64,000 nucleotides of DNA from Candidatus Woesearchaeota archaeon (GTDB taxonomy: Archaea > Nanobdellota > Nanobdellia > Woesearchaeales > UBA9642). Shown piece by piece: positions 28,448-38,087 of the stretch (position 1 is the stretch's first letter; every line of letters begins with the position of its first letter). Made by a program: the position numbers and the translations under genes. Below the pieces are notes generated by a model. It was not told where the DNA came from and ran no database searches. It saw only the letters and a list, made by a program, of their open reading frames with translations. The stretch spans positions 74 through 64,073 of the forward strand of contig DUIB01000009.1 of NCBI GenBank assembly GCA_013330595.1, read 5' to 3'.

Positions 28448-30025
28448 TTGATTAGAATGTGCGGGATAATAGGTGTTATTTCTAAAGAGAACAGCGAAGA
28501 GTTAGGTGCATTGATACAACATGGGCTATATCAATTGCAGAATAGGGGAGATTATTCCGCAGGGATTGCTGTCATAAAAAAATTACCTGTTTCAAGACAA
28601 GAATATAGGCGATTAAGAAGAATTGCAGCAGAACATACAGTATCAGATTTTGATCCATTAACAATAGAGAAAGGGCATGGAAAGGTTTCAGAAGTCTTTA
28701 ATGAGAATAGGTTAAAAAGACTTGTAGGATTCATGGGTGTCGGCCAGGTAAGATATCCTACAGCTGGTTATACAGTAAAGCCTGAACATAATAATCTTCC
28801 TCCTGAGGAAAAGAATTTGATGAAAATGGCAAACATTCAGCCAATACATACATCATTCGGCAGGATAGCTATAGTGCATAATGGTGATATACATAACTAT
28901 CATGATATCATGAGTGATTTTCTCAGTATAAAGATAAGGATCGCTAGCAGTAATGATTTAGAAGCCATACTGCTTATCTTTTCTAAAGAATTCTTTGACA
29001 TTGCAGAAAATGTTCCAGATTTTGAAAGATTAACATTAACAGTTAAAAAAGTATTTGAGTTGGCGAAAGGTACGTACAGTGCATTAGCTGTAGTGAATAA
29101 TGTTGGTCTTGTAGCATTCCGCGATCCAGAAGGCAGGAGACCGCTTTTCTTTGGCGTAAAGAAAGACCAAAATGGAGAAATAACTGATTATGCATTCGCA
29201 TCTGAGACAGTAGCCTTAGAAAAGATGTTATTCAAAGGAACATTAGAACAAAAGTATGCTACTGGAAGAAATGCTTTTGATGAAGTAAAACCCGGAGAAC
29301 TTGTCTTCATACGCAAAGACTTTAATTTCCATAGAAGACAGGTAATTGCACCTAATCTAAAGACTTGTCCTTTTGAAGGATCATATTTTGCAAGAGCATC
29401 CTCATTCATTAATAATACGAGAGTCAAAAGAATCCGACAGAACATTATCGAAGCTATGTGGAAAAGATTCATAACAACACCAAACTATGATAAAATAAAA
29501 GGCGATGAAGACAATACAATAATATGTCCAGTACCGAGAACTGCTGAATCAGCAGCGACACATCTTTCAAATCTTACAGGCATAAATTTTAATAACGCCA
29601 TAGAGAAACATCCTTTCTCTCCACGCATATTCCTACAACCTACACAGCAGCACAGGCTGATAGACACTATTGCAGACCATTATATCTTTGAAGAAGAGGT
29701 TAAGGGGAAAAAAATAATACTTATTGATGATTCAATAGTCAGGGGAACAACTTTAAGGCATATAATAAAATATTTGAAGGCGTTTAATGTAAAAGAACTG
29801 CATGTATTCATAACATTCCCTGAAATAAGACATCCATGTATGCATGCCATAGATTTTCATACAGCAGAAGAGCTTATTGCTGATGATAAAAATCTTGATC
29901 AGATAAAGACTGAACTAGGACTTGATCATAATGATTCATTGTTCTATGCACTTCCTGAAGAGATAAAGATTGCTAATAATTTCTTAAATATTAATATGTG
30001 CGATGAGTGTTATAAGAAGGCTTGA
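28448..30025 (+). CDS. amidophosphoribosyltransferase-like protein (class-II glutamine amidotransferase N-terminus plus PRTase domain)
   Basis: The N-terminus 'MCGIIGV' has the Cys nucleophile. The C-terminus 'KKIILIDDSIVRGTTLRHIIKYLK' is a PRPP-binding motif as in PurF. Confidence 0.55.
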   Translation: MIRMCGIIGVISKENSEELGALIQHGLYQLQNRGDYSAGIAVIKKLPVSRQEYRRLRRIAAEHTVSDFDPLTIEKGHGKVSEVFNENRLKRLVGFMGVGQVRYPTAGYTVKPEHNNLPPEEKNLMKMANIQPIHTSFGRIAIVHNGDIHNYHDIMSDFLSIKIRIASSNDLEAILLIFSKEFFDIAENVPDFERLTLTVKKVFELAKGTYSALAVVNNVGLVAFRDPEGRRPLFFGVKKDQNGEITDYAFASETVALEKMLFKGTLEQKYATGRNAFDEVKPGELVFIRKDFNFHRRQVIAPNLKTCPFEGSYFARASSFINNTRVKRIRQNIIEAMWKRFITTPNYDKIKGDEDNTIICPVPRTAESAATHLSNLTGINFNNAIEKHPFSPRIFLQPTQQHRLIDTIADHYIFEEEVKGKKIILIDDSIVRGTTLRHIIKYLKAFNVKELHVFITFPEIRHPCMHAIDFHTAEELIADDKNLDQIKTELGLDHNDSLFYALPEEIKIANNFLNINMCDECYKKA

Positions 30026-30031
30026 TCAACA

Positions 30032-30123
30032 CCATAATCTTTAATCTTAGTTTAGAGTAATCTAAATCTCCCATGAGCATAAAGAAAAGAATCCTTAATT
30101 TAAATGTTGCGGAACGAATAAAT
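30032..30123. repeat. right copy of the ~90-bp gatE 5'/promoter direct repeat
   Basis: Its reverse complement encodes MLMGDLDYSKLRLK (gatE: MLMRDVDYAKLGLK), preceded by the same TTTAAAT promoter block. Confidence 0.6.
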
Positions 30124-30474
30124 TTAGAGAAGGCCGTAAATTTTTCGTATACGAAAGAAATATTTATAAAGATCATTGTTGTCTTAAACATATTATCACT
30201 ATTGAGGGGTGTTAAATTGGCAAGCATTTTGTTTATAGATATTCCTTCAATACCTAAAGAATGGAAAGGCAACGAAAGAGAGACAGTCTCTTTGAAGTAT
30301 GCAGCTCATGATATTTTGTATGATAAACATAGTCTAAGATATCCTTACCAGCGTCAGAGAAAACAATTCACTAGAGGTTTTCTTACTATGACACAATATT
30401 TAAAGGAACATGGCCATACAGCGAAGTATATATCTTATTCTGATCCTGATTTTGATATTCAATTGCAACAGTAG
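30073..30474 (+). CDS. hypothetical protein
   Basis: This is an ORF only. Its 5' end lies inside the repeated gatE-promoter segment. Confidence 0.25.
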   Translation: MSIKKRILNLNVAERINLEKAVNFSYTKEIFIKIIVVLNILSLLRGVKLASILFIDIPSIPKEWKGNERETVSLKYAAHDILYDKHSLRYPYQRQRKQFTRGFLTMTQYLKEHGHTAKYISYSDPDFDIQLQQ

Positions 30475-30502
30475 CCTGAAGAAATAGACTGGAGGACATG
30501 AT

Positions 30503-31156
30503 ATGACTATTGCCTTTATAGAAGGACTGCCCGCAGGAGGAAAAACTCATCTCATAAAATATATCGAATCAAAAGGGTATAGAATTATTGATGAATTAGG
30601 GAGAGTGCTCAAGCCAGACGAATTTCCAGGTGATGGAAAAACAATTGACGAAATATTGAGAATACATGATTGGTTCATAGATAAAGAGCATGTCAGGTTC
30701 GAAAAAGCACCAGAAGGGATCTTTGAAAGATCATTTATGACACAATTAGGATATGCATTTGCGTATCCCAGATACATGAATCTTAATTCATTCGAGAAGG
30801 GTGTTGATAAATATGCTGATGCCATCTCGTCAGACTGGCTACCCTTGCCAGATTTACTTTTTTATGTCTCTATTAGTGTTGAAGACTCTATTAAGAGACA
30901 AAGATATAGATATTTAAATAAGGAACAGGCAGCTCTACCTGAATTCTGGACAACAGAATCATTTCTTAATGATCTCGTAAGAGCAGATAATGCTTTAATA
31001 TCATCAATGAGTGGTATTACGGTTGTGAAAGTAGATGGAAATCTTACGACAGAACAGAAATATAAGCAAGTGGAGCATTATCTTATGAATATGGACGCGT
31101 ATGCTTCTGCCAATAAAAATATTGATATAGATAGATTTTTGCAAGAACTAAAATGA
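30503..31156 (+). CDS. P-loop nucleoside/nucleotide kinase (deoxynucleoside-kinase/thymidylate-kinase-like)
   Basis: It has the P-loop 'GLPAGGKTH', an 'ERS' motif ('IFERSFMTQLGY') and a LID-like 'RQRYRY'. Confidence 0.45.
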   Translation: MTIAFIEGLPAGGKTHLIKYIESKGYRIIDELGRVLKPDEFPGDGKTIDEILRIHDWFIDKEHVRFEKAPEGIFERSFMTQLGYAFAYPRYMNLNSFEKGVDKYADAISSDWLPLPDLLFYVSISVEDSIKRQRYRYLNKEQAALPEFWTTESFLNDLVRADNALISSMSGITVVKVDGNLTTEQKYKQVEHYLMNMDAYASANKNIDIDRFLQELK

Positions 31157-32403
31157 ACAGTATTACACTTGTCTTGTTGTATGGAATAGTGATTTATTCA
31201 TGCATGATGGCAATCTCCCAAACAATAAGATTAAGACTAACTTTACAATATCTTTCAAGAAATAAAAAAGGTTATGAAGGAATTCAAAAACATAGAAATG
31301 TAATTATAATTATTCCTGTATATGAGGAGTCTAAAATTATACATAAAACAGTCCAACATTTTTCTCGAATAATTGATGATTCAATATCATTAGTTTTTGT
31401 AACTACACAAAAAGAAGGTAATCCTAAAGATAATTTAACACATATGGCATTACGTAAAGTTATTTCAAAAAACATTTCCATAATACATTATCCTTACACA
31501 AAAGGAGATAAATCCCATCAAATAAACTATGCAATTAATTCACTTTCGAAATTACGTATCAAAAAAGAGTTATACTTTGCAATATTCGATGCTGACTCTA
31601 GGCCTGATCCTAAAGGTATTTCTTATGTATTATGTGATACCAAGGCCGAACCAATTTATCAGATGTTAAGCATTTATTCTAATAATTATTCTCATTTATC
31701 TCCAATAAATAAAGCAAATGCATTATTCCAAACTCGCTGGTCTTTGAGCTTTGAAGGATATAATATGAAACGTAACTACACCTCTAGAAAATTAACTATT
31801 CCAATGTACACTATTGGTCATGGGCTTTTTATACGTGCCGATATAGCCTCCCGAAATAAATTTCCGACAGGAACTTTAGCTGAGGACATATCTTTAGGTT
31901 ACCGTTTATGCTATAAAGGAATATATCCAAAACTTGTTCCATATTGGGAATATTGTGGTGTTCCTTCAAGTATTGCTGTGAATATTAAACAAAGTGCGAG
32001 ATGGTTCGCAGGAGAATTAAATTTGTGGCATGAATATAAGCTCATTTCGAAAAAATCATGGTCTCTTAAAAGGCTGCTTCATACTATTAAGAGATCATTC
32101 TATCTTGCGCAATGGATTTTAGGTTCGATAATTATTTTATCGTTATTAATTATCTCTCTGCTATTCAAAGAATACCTATTGACAAGTATAACCCTGCTCT
32201 TTGTTTTCTTATATGCTTTCTATTTGCATCATATAACAAAAAAGATTTTTAATAAGAGATTCGTAAAGAATGGCCTGTCTTTATATTTTTACTTTATTAT
32301 TAAAGGCTTGCTCGACTGTTGTGGTCCTATATATGCAATTTACAGAATTATATTATCAAAGCTCGGCATAAGTCCATATTATTTTTATAAGACTCCAAGA
32401 TAA
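31153..32403 (+). CDS. family-2 glycosyltransferase with C-terminal TM segments
   Basis: It has 'IIIPVYEES' (GT-A NDP-sugar motif), a 'FDADSRPD' DxD-like motif and C-terminal hydrophobic helices. Confidence 0.5.
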   Translation: MNSITLVLLYGIVIYSCMMAISQTIRLRLTLQYLSRNKKGYEGIQKHRNVIIIIPVYEESKIIHKTVQHFSRIIDDSISLVFVTTQKEGNPKDNLTHMALRKVISKNISIIHYPYTKGDKSHQINYAINSLSKLRIKKELYFAIFDADSRPDPKGISYVLCDTKAEPIYQMLSIYSNNYSHLSPINKANALFQTRWSLSFEGYNMKRNYTSRKLTIPMYTIGHGLFIRADIASRNKFPTGTLAEDISLGYRLCYKGIYPKLVPYWEYCGVPSSIAVNIKQSARWFAGELNLWHEYKLISKKSWSLKRLLHTIKRSFYLAQWILGSIIILSLLIISLLFKEYLLTSITLLFVFLYAFYLHHITKKIFNKRFVKNGLSLYFYFIIKGLLDCCGPIYAIYRIILSKLGISPYYFYKTPR

Positions 32404-32404
32404 A

Positions 32405-33004
32405 TCAATAAGGGATATAATTTATTTTTTTTATTGAAAAATCATCATCTTCTATTACTAATTCATTAATACAGCAATTACCTTGCCCTATTTTGAATCT
32501 TAATCCATAAGGGATACGAAGATAATGTCCTATAATACCTATGTTTAGACTTCCATGACCAACAAGAAGAATTGTTTTACCCATATTTTTATTTATTATC
32601 TCTTTTAGTTTTGGGATAGCCCGTTTTTCAACATCCTTAAGGTTTTCTCCACGAGGAAATTTCGGATCTGTAAGATTAATCCAACCCTTATGCAATTCAG
32701 GATACTTTGTAATGACTTCGTCTCTTTTCATAAGAGTGCATATTCCACAATCTATCTCTATAAATTCCGGAATTGTTTTTATTTCTAACTTATGATGTTT
32801 TCTTATTATGTTTGCAGTGTCCTGTGCTCTTTTAAGAGGTGATGAGACAATGAGGTTTATCTCCTCTTTTGATAATCTCTCTGATAATGCATTAGCTTGT
32901 TTTATTCCATTAGGGGTGAGCATTGTTTCATGCTGTCCATCGAGCCTTCCTTCCTTGTTGCTGTCTGTCTCTCCATGTCTTACAATGATGAGTCTGGTTT
33001 TCAT
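32405..33004 (-). CDS. histidine phosphatase family protein (phosphoglycerate mutase-like)
   Basis: It has 'LIIVRHGETDSN' (RHG catalytic motif) and 'LLVGHGS'. Confidence 0.7.
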   Translation of the reverse strand: MKTRLIIVRHGETDSNKEGRLDGQHETMLTPNGIKQANALSERLSKEEINLIVSSPLKRAQDTANIIRKHHKLEIKTIPEFIEIDCGICTLMKRDEVITKYPELHKGWINLTDPKFPRGENLKDVEKRAIPKLKEIINKNMGKTILLVGHGSLNIGIIGHYLRIPYGLRFKIGQGNCCINELVIEDDDFSIKKINYIPY

Positions 33005-33567
33005 TTAATCACCTTTTCTAATACATAAATGCCTAAGTGAGCATACTTAGGATTTTTTGAATATGTATAGACCCTCTTAATAAAAATTCTTCTGAAATCC
33101 ATGCCTCTAAGAGAAGTATCACTCCAAAAATATTTGTGCTTTTCATAAGGATTTCCATTATAATCTCTCTGAGGATATGGGGTAATTGGTGTTGAAATAA
33201 CAACAAATACGTTTGCTTTTTTTATGATTTCTGATAATATTCTAGTTCCATCTCTTTTATTGAAATGCTCTATGATATCTATTAGCAAAACGCAATCATA
33301 TTTTTTTTTGTTATTTTTAAGAAATGTGCGAATATCTTCAAAATAAATAGTGTCATAGAATTTCCATTGAGGATGTTTATATGGTTTCCATATCTCCACA
33401 CCAGTCAGTTTAATATTTTTTTTAACTTTTTTTTTAATTATTGCCCCAAAATCCCCTTCTCCAATACCTAAATCAAGAACTGTAATACTTTTTTTATTTA
33501 TGGAAGGAATTTTATTAATTAAGTATTTTGTTATAGGATATTTATTGCATGGATCGCTTTTTGACAC
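33001..33567 (-). CDS. class I SAM-dependent methyltransferase
   Basis: Motif I is 'VLDLGIGEGDFG' and the post-motif is 'DCVLLIDIIEHF'. Confidence 0.55.
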   Translation of the reverse strand: MSKSDPCNKYPITKYLINKIPSINKKSITVLDLGIGEGDFGAIIKKKVKKNIKLTGVEIWKPYKHPQWKFYDTIYFEDIRTFLKNNKKKYDCVLLIDIIEHFNKRDGTRILSEIIKKANVFVVISTPITPYPQRDYNGNPYEKHKYFWSDTSLRGMDFRRIFIKRVYTYSKNPKYAHLGIYVLEKVIK

Positions 33568-33667
33568 ATTAACATAAAAAATTATTTATTTATAAATGTT
33601 TGCGATTATGTGTTGCTAATAGACTAATATAATAGATTATGGAAATATTTTTAAGTCAACTAATACC

Positions 33668-34099
33668 TTGAAAAGTATGAGCTTTAATGATACAGACAGT
33701 GCTATACAAGAAAAACCTAAGATTCTTGAAAAAGAAGTCAATATTTATTGGGATTGTATTATATCTGCAAGTGAAATTGCAGAATATTTTCAACTTCCTT
33801 ATGTGCCTATCGAGACATTGCCTAAAGAATCAATAATGCTTCCTTCGTTATTGTTTCCGGGTTTTCAAATATATAATGGAAGTAAATTTTTTCCGTTAAA
33901 GAAATACGCTTCTAATGGGAATTCTGAGGCATTAGTGAGAGAATTAGAGGAAGTTGTTAAAGATTTAGAAAATAAAGGTCATATTACCAATAATCATATT
34001 AATATATTTGTTCCGGATTTTAGTTTGAAGAATCATATTAAGTATTTTCAGGATAATTTTTCTTCTATAAAACATTATAAACAAAATGATTATGACTAG
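33668..34099 (+). CDS. hypothetical protein
   Basis: This is an ORF only. Confidence 0.25.
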   Translation: MKSMSFNDTDSAIQEKPKILEKEVNIYWDCIISASEIAEYFQLPYVPIETLPKESIMLPSLLFPGFQIYNGSKFFPLKKYASNGNSEALVRELEEVVKDLENKGHITNNHINIFVPDFSLKNHIKYFQDNFSSIKHYKQNDYD

Positions 34100-35337
34100 A
34101 ATTCTCCCCTAAAATCTTTCATGAATTCTTCTTTGACATCAAGTTTCTGTGATAGAAGCCATGCTAGCTTGATGAAAGATGTTTCAGGGCATAATGATGA
34201 TTGATTGCCAATGACTCCCAAGTCTTGTAGCTCCCTTCCAGGACTATAGACATTCATATTGACAACTCCTGAAATTGTCTGTGTTGCCATTACAACAGGC
34301 ATCTTCTTGCATAATTCAGCAATTGCCTCTTTTATCTTATTATGCTCTTTTGTGTTATCATCAATCTCAGTTATTGGCATATGCCCTAGGCCTGTTCCTT
34401 CAAGAATCAATCCATCAAAATTTTTGTATGAAAGCAATTCTTCATGATACATATTAGGATGACTTATGACTATTCCGATCTTTAACCTATCGTCAAATAA
34501 ATGTAATGTCATTTTTCCTTTTCCATTCAATGCAGAGCCAGGATATTCTGAAATGTATTCAATCTGTTTTGTGAAGAAATTGATTCTTGCAATTGGCTGC
34601 TTGTTTATCTGCTGGAAAGCATCTCTTCTTGAGGAATGCATTTTTCTTGCATTAAGCCCATTTAGTATAATGCAGGAATCATCTGAAATATTCTCATGCA
34701 TGCAGATGAAGACTCCATTAAGAGAGGTATTTGCAATAAATGAAACAGCACTAATAAGGTTTGTTGCACTATCACTGCTTCCTCTATCTGAGCTTCTCTG
34801 ACTGCCGACAATAACAACAGGCAATGGAAGATTCTCAAAAATAAAGCTTAATGCAGCTGAAGTATAATGCATTGTATCAGTTCCGTGAGTGATGATTATC
34901 CCCTTATATTTCCCTGATTCTTTTTCAATCTCTTTAGCAATAATATTATAATGCTCAAACCTCATATCATCAGACCACATATTCCTGAAAAGCCTGCTTT
35001 CAATATTTGCCAGATCTTTTATTTCAGGAAACATCTCTATCAATTCATGAGGCTCAAAGCTAGCATTGACAGCTCCCGTCTTGTAATCAACCTTGCTTGC
35101 AATAGTGCCACCCGTATGCAAGATAAGAATTTTCGGTAGAGAATGATCCTGGACATGATTCGGCTTAGAAATATCTTTTGTTTGATCATAAGATTGTTTC
35201 TCAATCCTCTCAACCTTATTCTTCAAGATCCCAATATTATACCCGCTATCCAGCTTGACAGTATAATGCTTATCATCCTCATTAACAAGGATCCCTTCAA
35301 TGACCTCATGCCTTAAATGCAGTTTTATCTGGTGCAT
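34096..35337 (-). CDS. gatD: glutamyl-tRNA(Gln) amidotransferase subunit D
   Basis: It has an asparaginase-type domain 'ILILHTGGTIAS', 'HGTDTM' and 'GTGLGH' motifs, and a GatD-specific N-terminal domain. Confidence 0.8.
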   Translation of the reverse strand: MHQIKLHLRHEVIEGILVNEDDKHYTVKLDSGYNIGILKNKVERIEKQSYDQTKDISKPNHVQDHSLPKILILHTGGTIASKVDYKTGAVNASFEPHELIEMFPEIKDLANIESRLFRNMWSDDMRFEHYNIIAKEIEKESGKYKGIIITHGTDTMHYTSAALSFIFENLPLPVVIVGSQRSSDRGSSDSATNLISAVSFIANTSLNGVFICMHENISDDSCIILNGLNARKMHSSRRDAFQQINKQPIARINFFTKQIEYISEYPGSALNGKGKMTLHLFDDRLKIGIVISHPNMYHEELLSYKNFDGLILEGTGLGHMPITEIDDNTKEHNKIKEAIAELCKKMPVVMATQTISGVVNMNVYSPGRELQDLGVIGNQSSLCPETSFIKLAWLLSQKLDVKEEFMKDFRGEF

Positions 35338-35368
35338 GATCAGATAGAATATTTATGGCTTATAAAGT

Positions 35369-36037
35369 TTATGTGGTATCCATCTTGTCTAATATTTCGT
35401 ATAATATTTTTCTAGATTCTAATAAAGTTTTGGCTGAATATTCTTTTCCCAATCTAATATTTTTTCCTATATATCTAAATAACTCATTCATCTTCTTTAA
35501 GCATAACTTATCTTCATAATTAGAATTTGTGATATCGCAATCATTTATTTTTTGATATATATTTGCATGTTTTCCTCTTTCTTGTGTTTTCAAATAATCA
35601 ATAGAGTTTAAATCTCCTTTAAGTATTGTTGATTTCTTTAATATTTCTTCCATATTTGCATTTGAATTAATATCCGGTGTCCAATCGAGTATCATTTGCT
35701 GGTATGATGGATAAGTCATTAGATGCAAAGCCAGATCACCATTGTCATATTTTCCGAGATGCAATGCCTCTTCTTGATTGTTAAAACAGGAAAACCTTAT
35801 TAACTTTTTTCCATATTTATCGTTTAATCTATTATTAGTGTTATCTAGCAATTCGTGTATTTGTGAAACATATTCAGAGGATTTAATTTCAGGATTTTTT
35901 ATTGCAATAATATCAATATCGTGGTTGATATCTTTGCTTCCAATCACTGCAAATATCGCTATTGAATCTTTATTTTGCAACTCTTCCTTCAATATTGTGT
36001 CGATATCTCGCCACGAGTAGTTAGATAAATTATTCAT
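35369..36037 (-). CDS. nucleotidyltransferase-domain protein
   Basis: It has the 'AVIGSKDINHDIDIIAI' GS...DxD motif. Confidence 0.35.
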   Translation of the reverse strand: MNNLSNYSWRDIDTILKEELQNKDSIAIFAVIGSKDINHDIDIIAIKNPEIKSSEYVSQIHELLDNTNNRLNDKYGKKLIRFSCFNNQEEALHLGKYDNGDLALHLMTYPSYQQMILDWTPDINSNANMEEILKKSTILKGDLNSIDYLKTQERGKHANIYQKINDCDITNSNYEDKLCLKKMNELFRYIGKNIRLGKEYSAKTLLESRKILYEILDKMDTT

Positions 36038-36113
36038 TGTAATTACTTAATAGTGGTATTAATATTTATATTTATGCCGCCCCTAAAGGTGTTGTAATAA
36101 CAAAATTTATATA

Positions 36114-36827
36114 TTGTTCAAGCACAATACAAGCATGAATCTAAGAGAGCTAGGATTATCAGAATATGAAGAGAAAGCATACACTACATTAATCAAATTA
36201 GGCAAAACATCTGCATCAGAGATAAGCAGAAATAGTCAAGTCAGTTATGGAAAAATCTATGAGGTGTTAGCCTCACTTGAACAAAAAGGATTGATCAAAA
36301 CCATTCCTGAGAATACAAAAAAATTCATTGCATCTGACCCAGAAAATCTTATGCATTTAGTGAATAAGAAAGAGGAAGAATTGTTAGAGATAAAAAATAG
36401 TATCCGCGAACTTAAACAAATATATTCTGAAAAAGAACAGGAACCAGTACTTGTCGCTAAGGGCAAAAATAATTGGCATAAATTAGAAAAGGAGCTTAAA
36501 GCAAGTGAAAAATATTATTACTCAATAAAGTACGATTTTAGTTTCCGACCAGAATTTGTGAGACAAACAAAACAACTTATCTCACAAAAAATCGATTATC
36601 GAGTAATAGGAAGGTTTGATAAAGAGACTGAAAATAATATTAAACAGTGGAAAAAAATAATAACAAACATAAAGCCAATAGAGAATAATGGCGTGACAAT
36701 GTCGATAATAGACGATGAAGAACTGATGATCGGACTGATCAAGTCAAACACCTCAATGCTGATCAAAGACAAGTCCTTTGTCCAATTGATGAAGACATTG
36801 TTTGTTGATTATTATCAAAAACATTAA
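36114..36827 (+). CDS. TrmB-family transcriptional regulator
   Basis: It has an N-terminal wHTH 'LSEYEEKAYTTLIKLGKTSASEISRNSQVSYGKIYEVLASLEQKGLI'. Confidence 0.65.
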   Translation: MFKHNTSMNLRELGLSEYEEKAYTTLIKLGKTSASEISRNSQVSYGKIYEVLASLEQKGLIKTIPENTKKFIASDPENLMHLVNKKEEELLEIKNSIRELKQIYSEKEQEPVLVAKGKNNWHKLEKELKASEKYYYSIKYDFSFRPEFVRQTKQLISQKIDYRVIGRFDKETENNIKQWKKIITNIKPIENNGVTMSIIDDEELMIGLIKSNTSMLIKDKSFVQLMKTLFVDYYQKH

Positions 36828-36848
36828 AAATACGTACAACAATAATCC

Positions 36849-38087
36849 ATGATGGAAGTGTTATTAATATTGTTGGGCATAGGAATTATTTTGTTCATTA
36901 GTTTCTTAGCAGAACTGTTCTTTAAAAAAACTCATGTTCCGGATGTACTGTTTTTGCTTTTATTAGGAATAATTATTGGTCCTGGTGTGTTGGGATACGT
37001 AAATCCAAATGATTTGGAAATCTATGCGCCATTATTTACCACAGTCGCATTATTATTCTTGCTTTATGAAGGAGGCTTTAACATAGATCTGAATTCATTT
37101 GTAAAGGGTGCTTTGAAGAGTCTTCAAGTTACAATATTCAATTTCTTTATATCATCAATAGTTATTTCGGTGATTTTGTACTTGTTTGATTTTACATTAT
37201 TGCAGTCATTATTGACAGGCTTTACTTTAGGTGGCATAAGCTCTGCATTTGTCATACCTTTAATAAAAGAATTGAGAATAAAAAAAACCACACAATCCAT
37301 ATTGACATTTGAATCGGCATTGACGGATGTGCTATGCATAATCTTTGCATTTGCAATCATAAAAATCATATCGCTTAATAGCATCGACCTCACAAGTGTA
37401 TTATACTCCTTTTTCCTTCTGTTCTTCATTGCTGCATTTATAGGGATGTGTGCAGGATTATTTTGGATATTCCTAATTGCAGAAGTGTTCAAGGAAAAAA
37501 TCACTTTCATGTCTACAATAGCATATATAGTTTTAGTATATGTGTTCTCTGAACTAATAGGTGCCAATGGTGCTATTGCAGTATTGTTGCTTGGATTAAC
37601 CTTAAGGAATTCTGAGCCTATAACAAGGAAGATTTTAGAAATAAAGCATACAGACAGGTGGGAGATTAGAAAAATAGAGGGAATAGTCATAGTTCGCGCA
37701 CATGAAGAATTATTTTATAGTCAAATCTCATTTTTCTTGAAGACATTTTTCTTTGTATATATAGGAATACTGTTCAATATAAAGGATACCTATGTGTTAT
37801 TGATTGCTGCGATTATCTCGGTAATATTATTGTCAGCTCGCAGATTATTAGGAGTGATAACAAGAGACTTTGACAAGTACGATAGGGCCATAACAATGTC
37901 GATGTTTGCCAGAGGATTAGCGGCTGCTGCGATTGCACAAGTCATAATTTCTAATAAAATTCCACAAGCCAATATCATAGCAGAAATAATCTATAATGTG
38001 ATAATCTTCACCATGATACTTAGTTCAATAGTAATATTCATAGAAAAAAGAAAGCATTTCAAGGAAGTGCTATCTCACCCAAAATAG
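36849..38087 (+). CDS. cation:proton antiporter (CPA1/NhaP-like)
   Basis: It has about 12 TM segments and a Na_H_Exchanger-like topology. Confidence 0.55.
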   Translation: MMEVLLILLGIGIILFISFLAELFFKKTHVPDVLFLLLLGIIIGPGVLGYVNPNDLEIYAPLFTTVALLFLLYEGGFNIDLNSFVKGALKSLQVTIFNFFISSIVISVILYLFDFTLLQSLLTGFTLGGISSAFVIPLIKELRIKKTTQSILTFESALTDVLCIIFAFAIIKIISLNSIDLTSVLYSFFLLFFIAAFIGMCAGLFWIFLIAEVFKEKITFMSTIAYIVLVYVFSELIGANGAIAVLLLGLTLRNSEPITRKILEIKHTDRWEIRKIEGIVIVRAHEELFYSQISFFLKTFFFVYIGILFNIKDTYVLLIAAIISVILLSARRLLGVITRDFDKYDRAITMSMFARGLAAAAIAQVIISNKIPQANIIAEIIYNVIIFTMILSSIVIFIEKRKHFKEVLSHPK

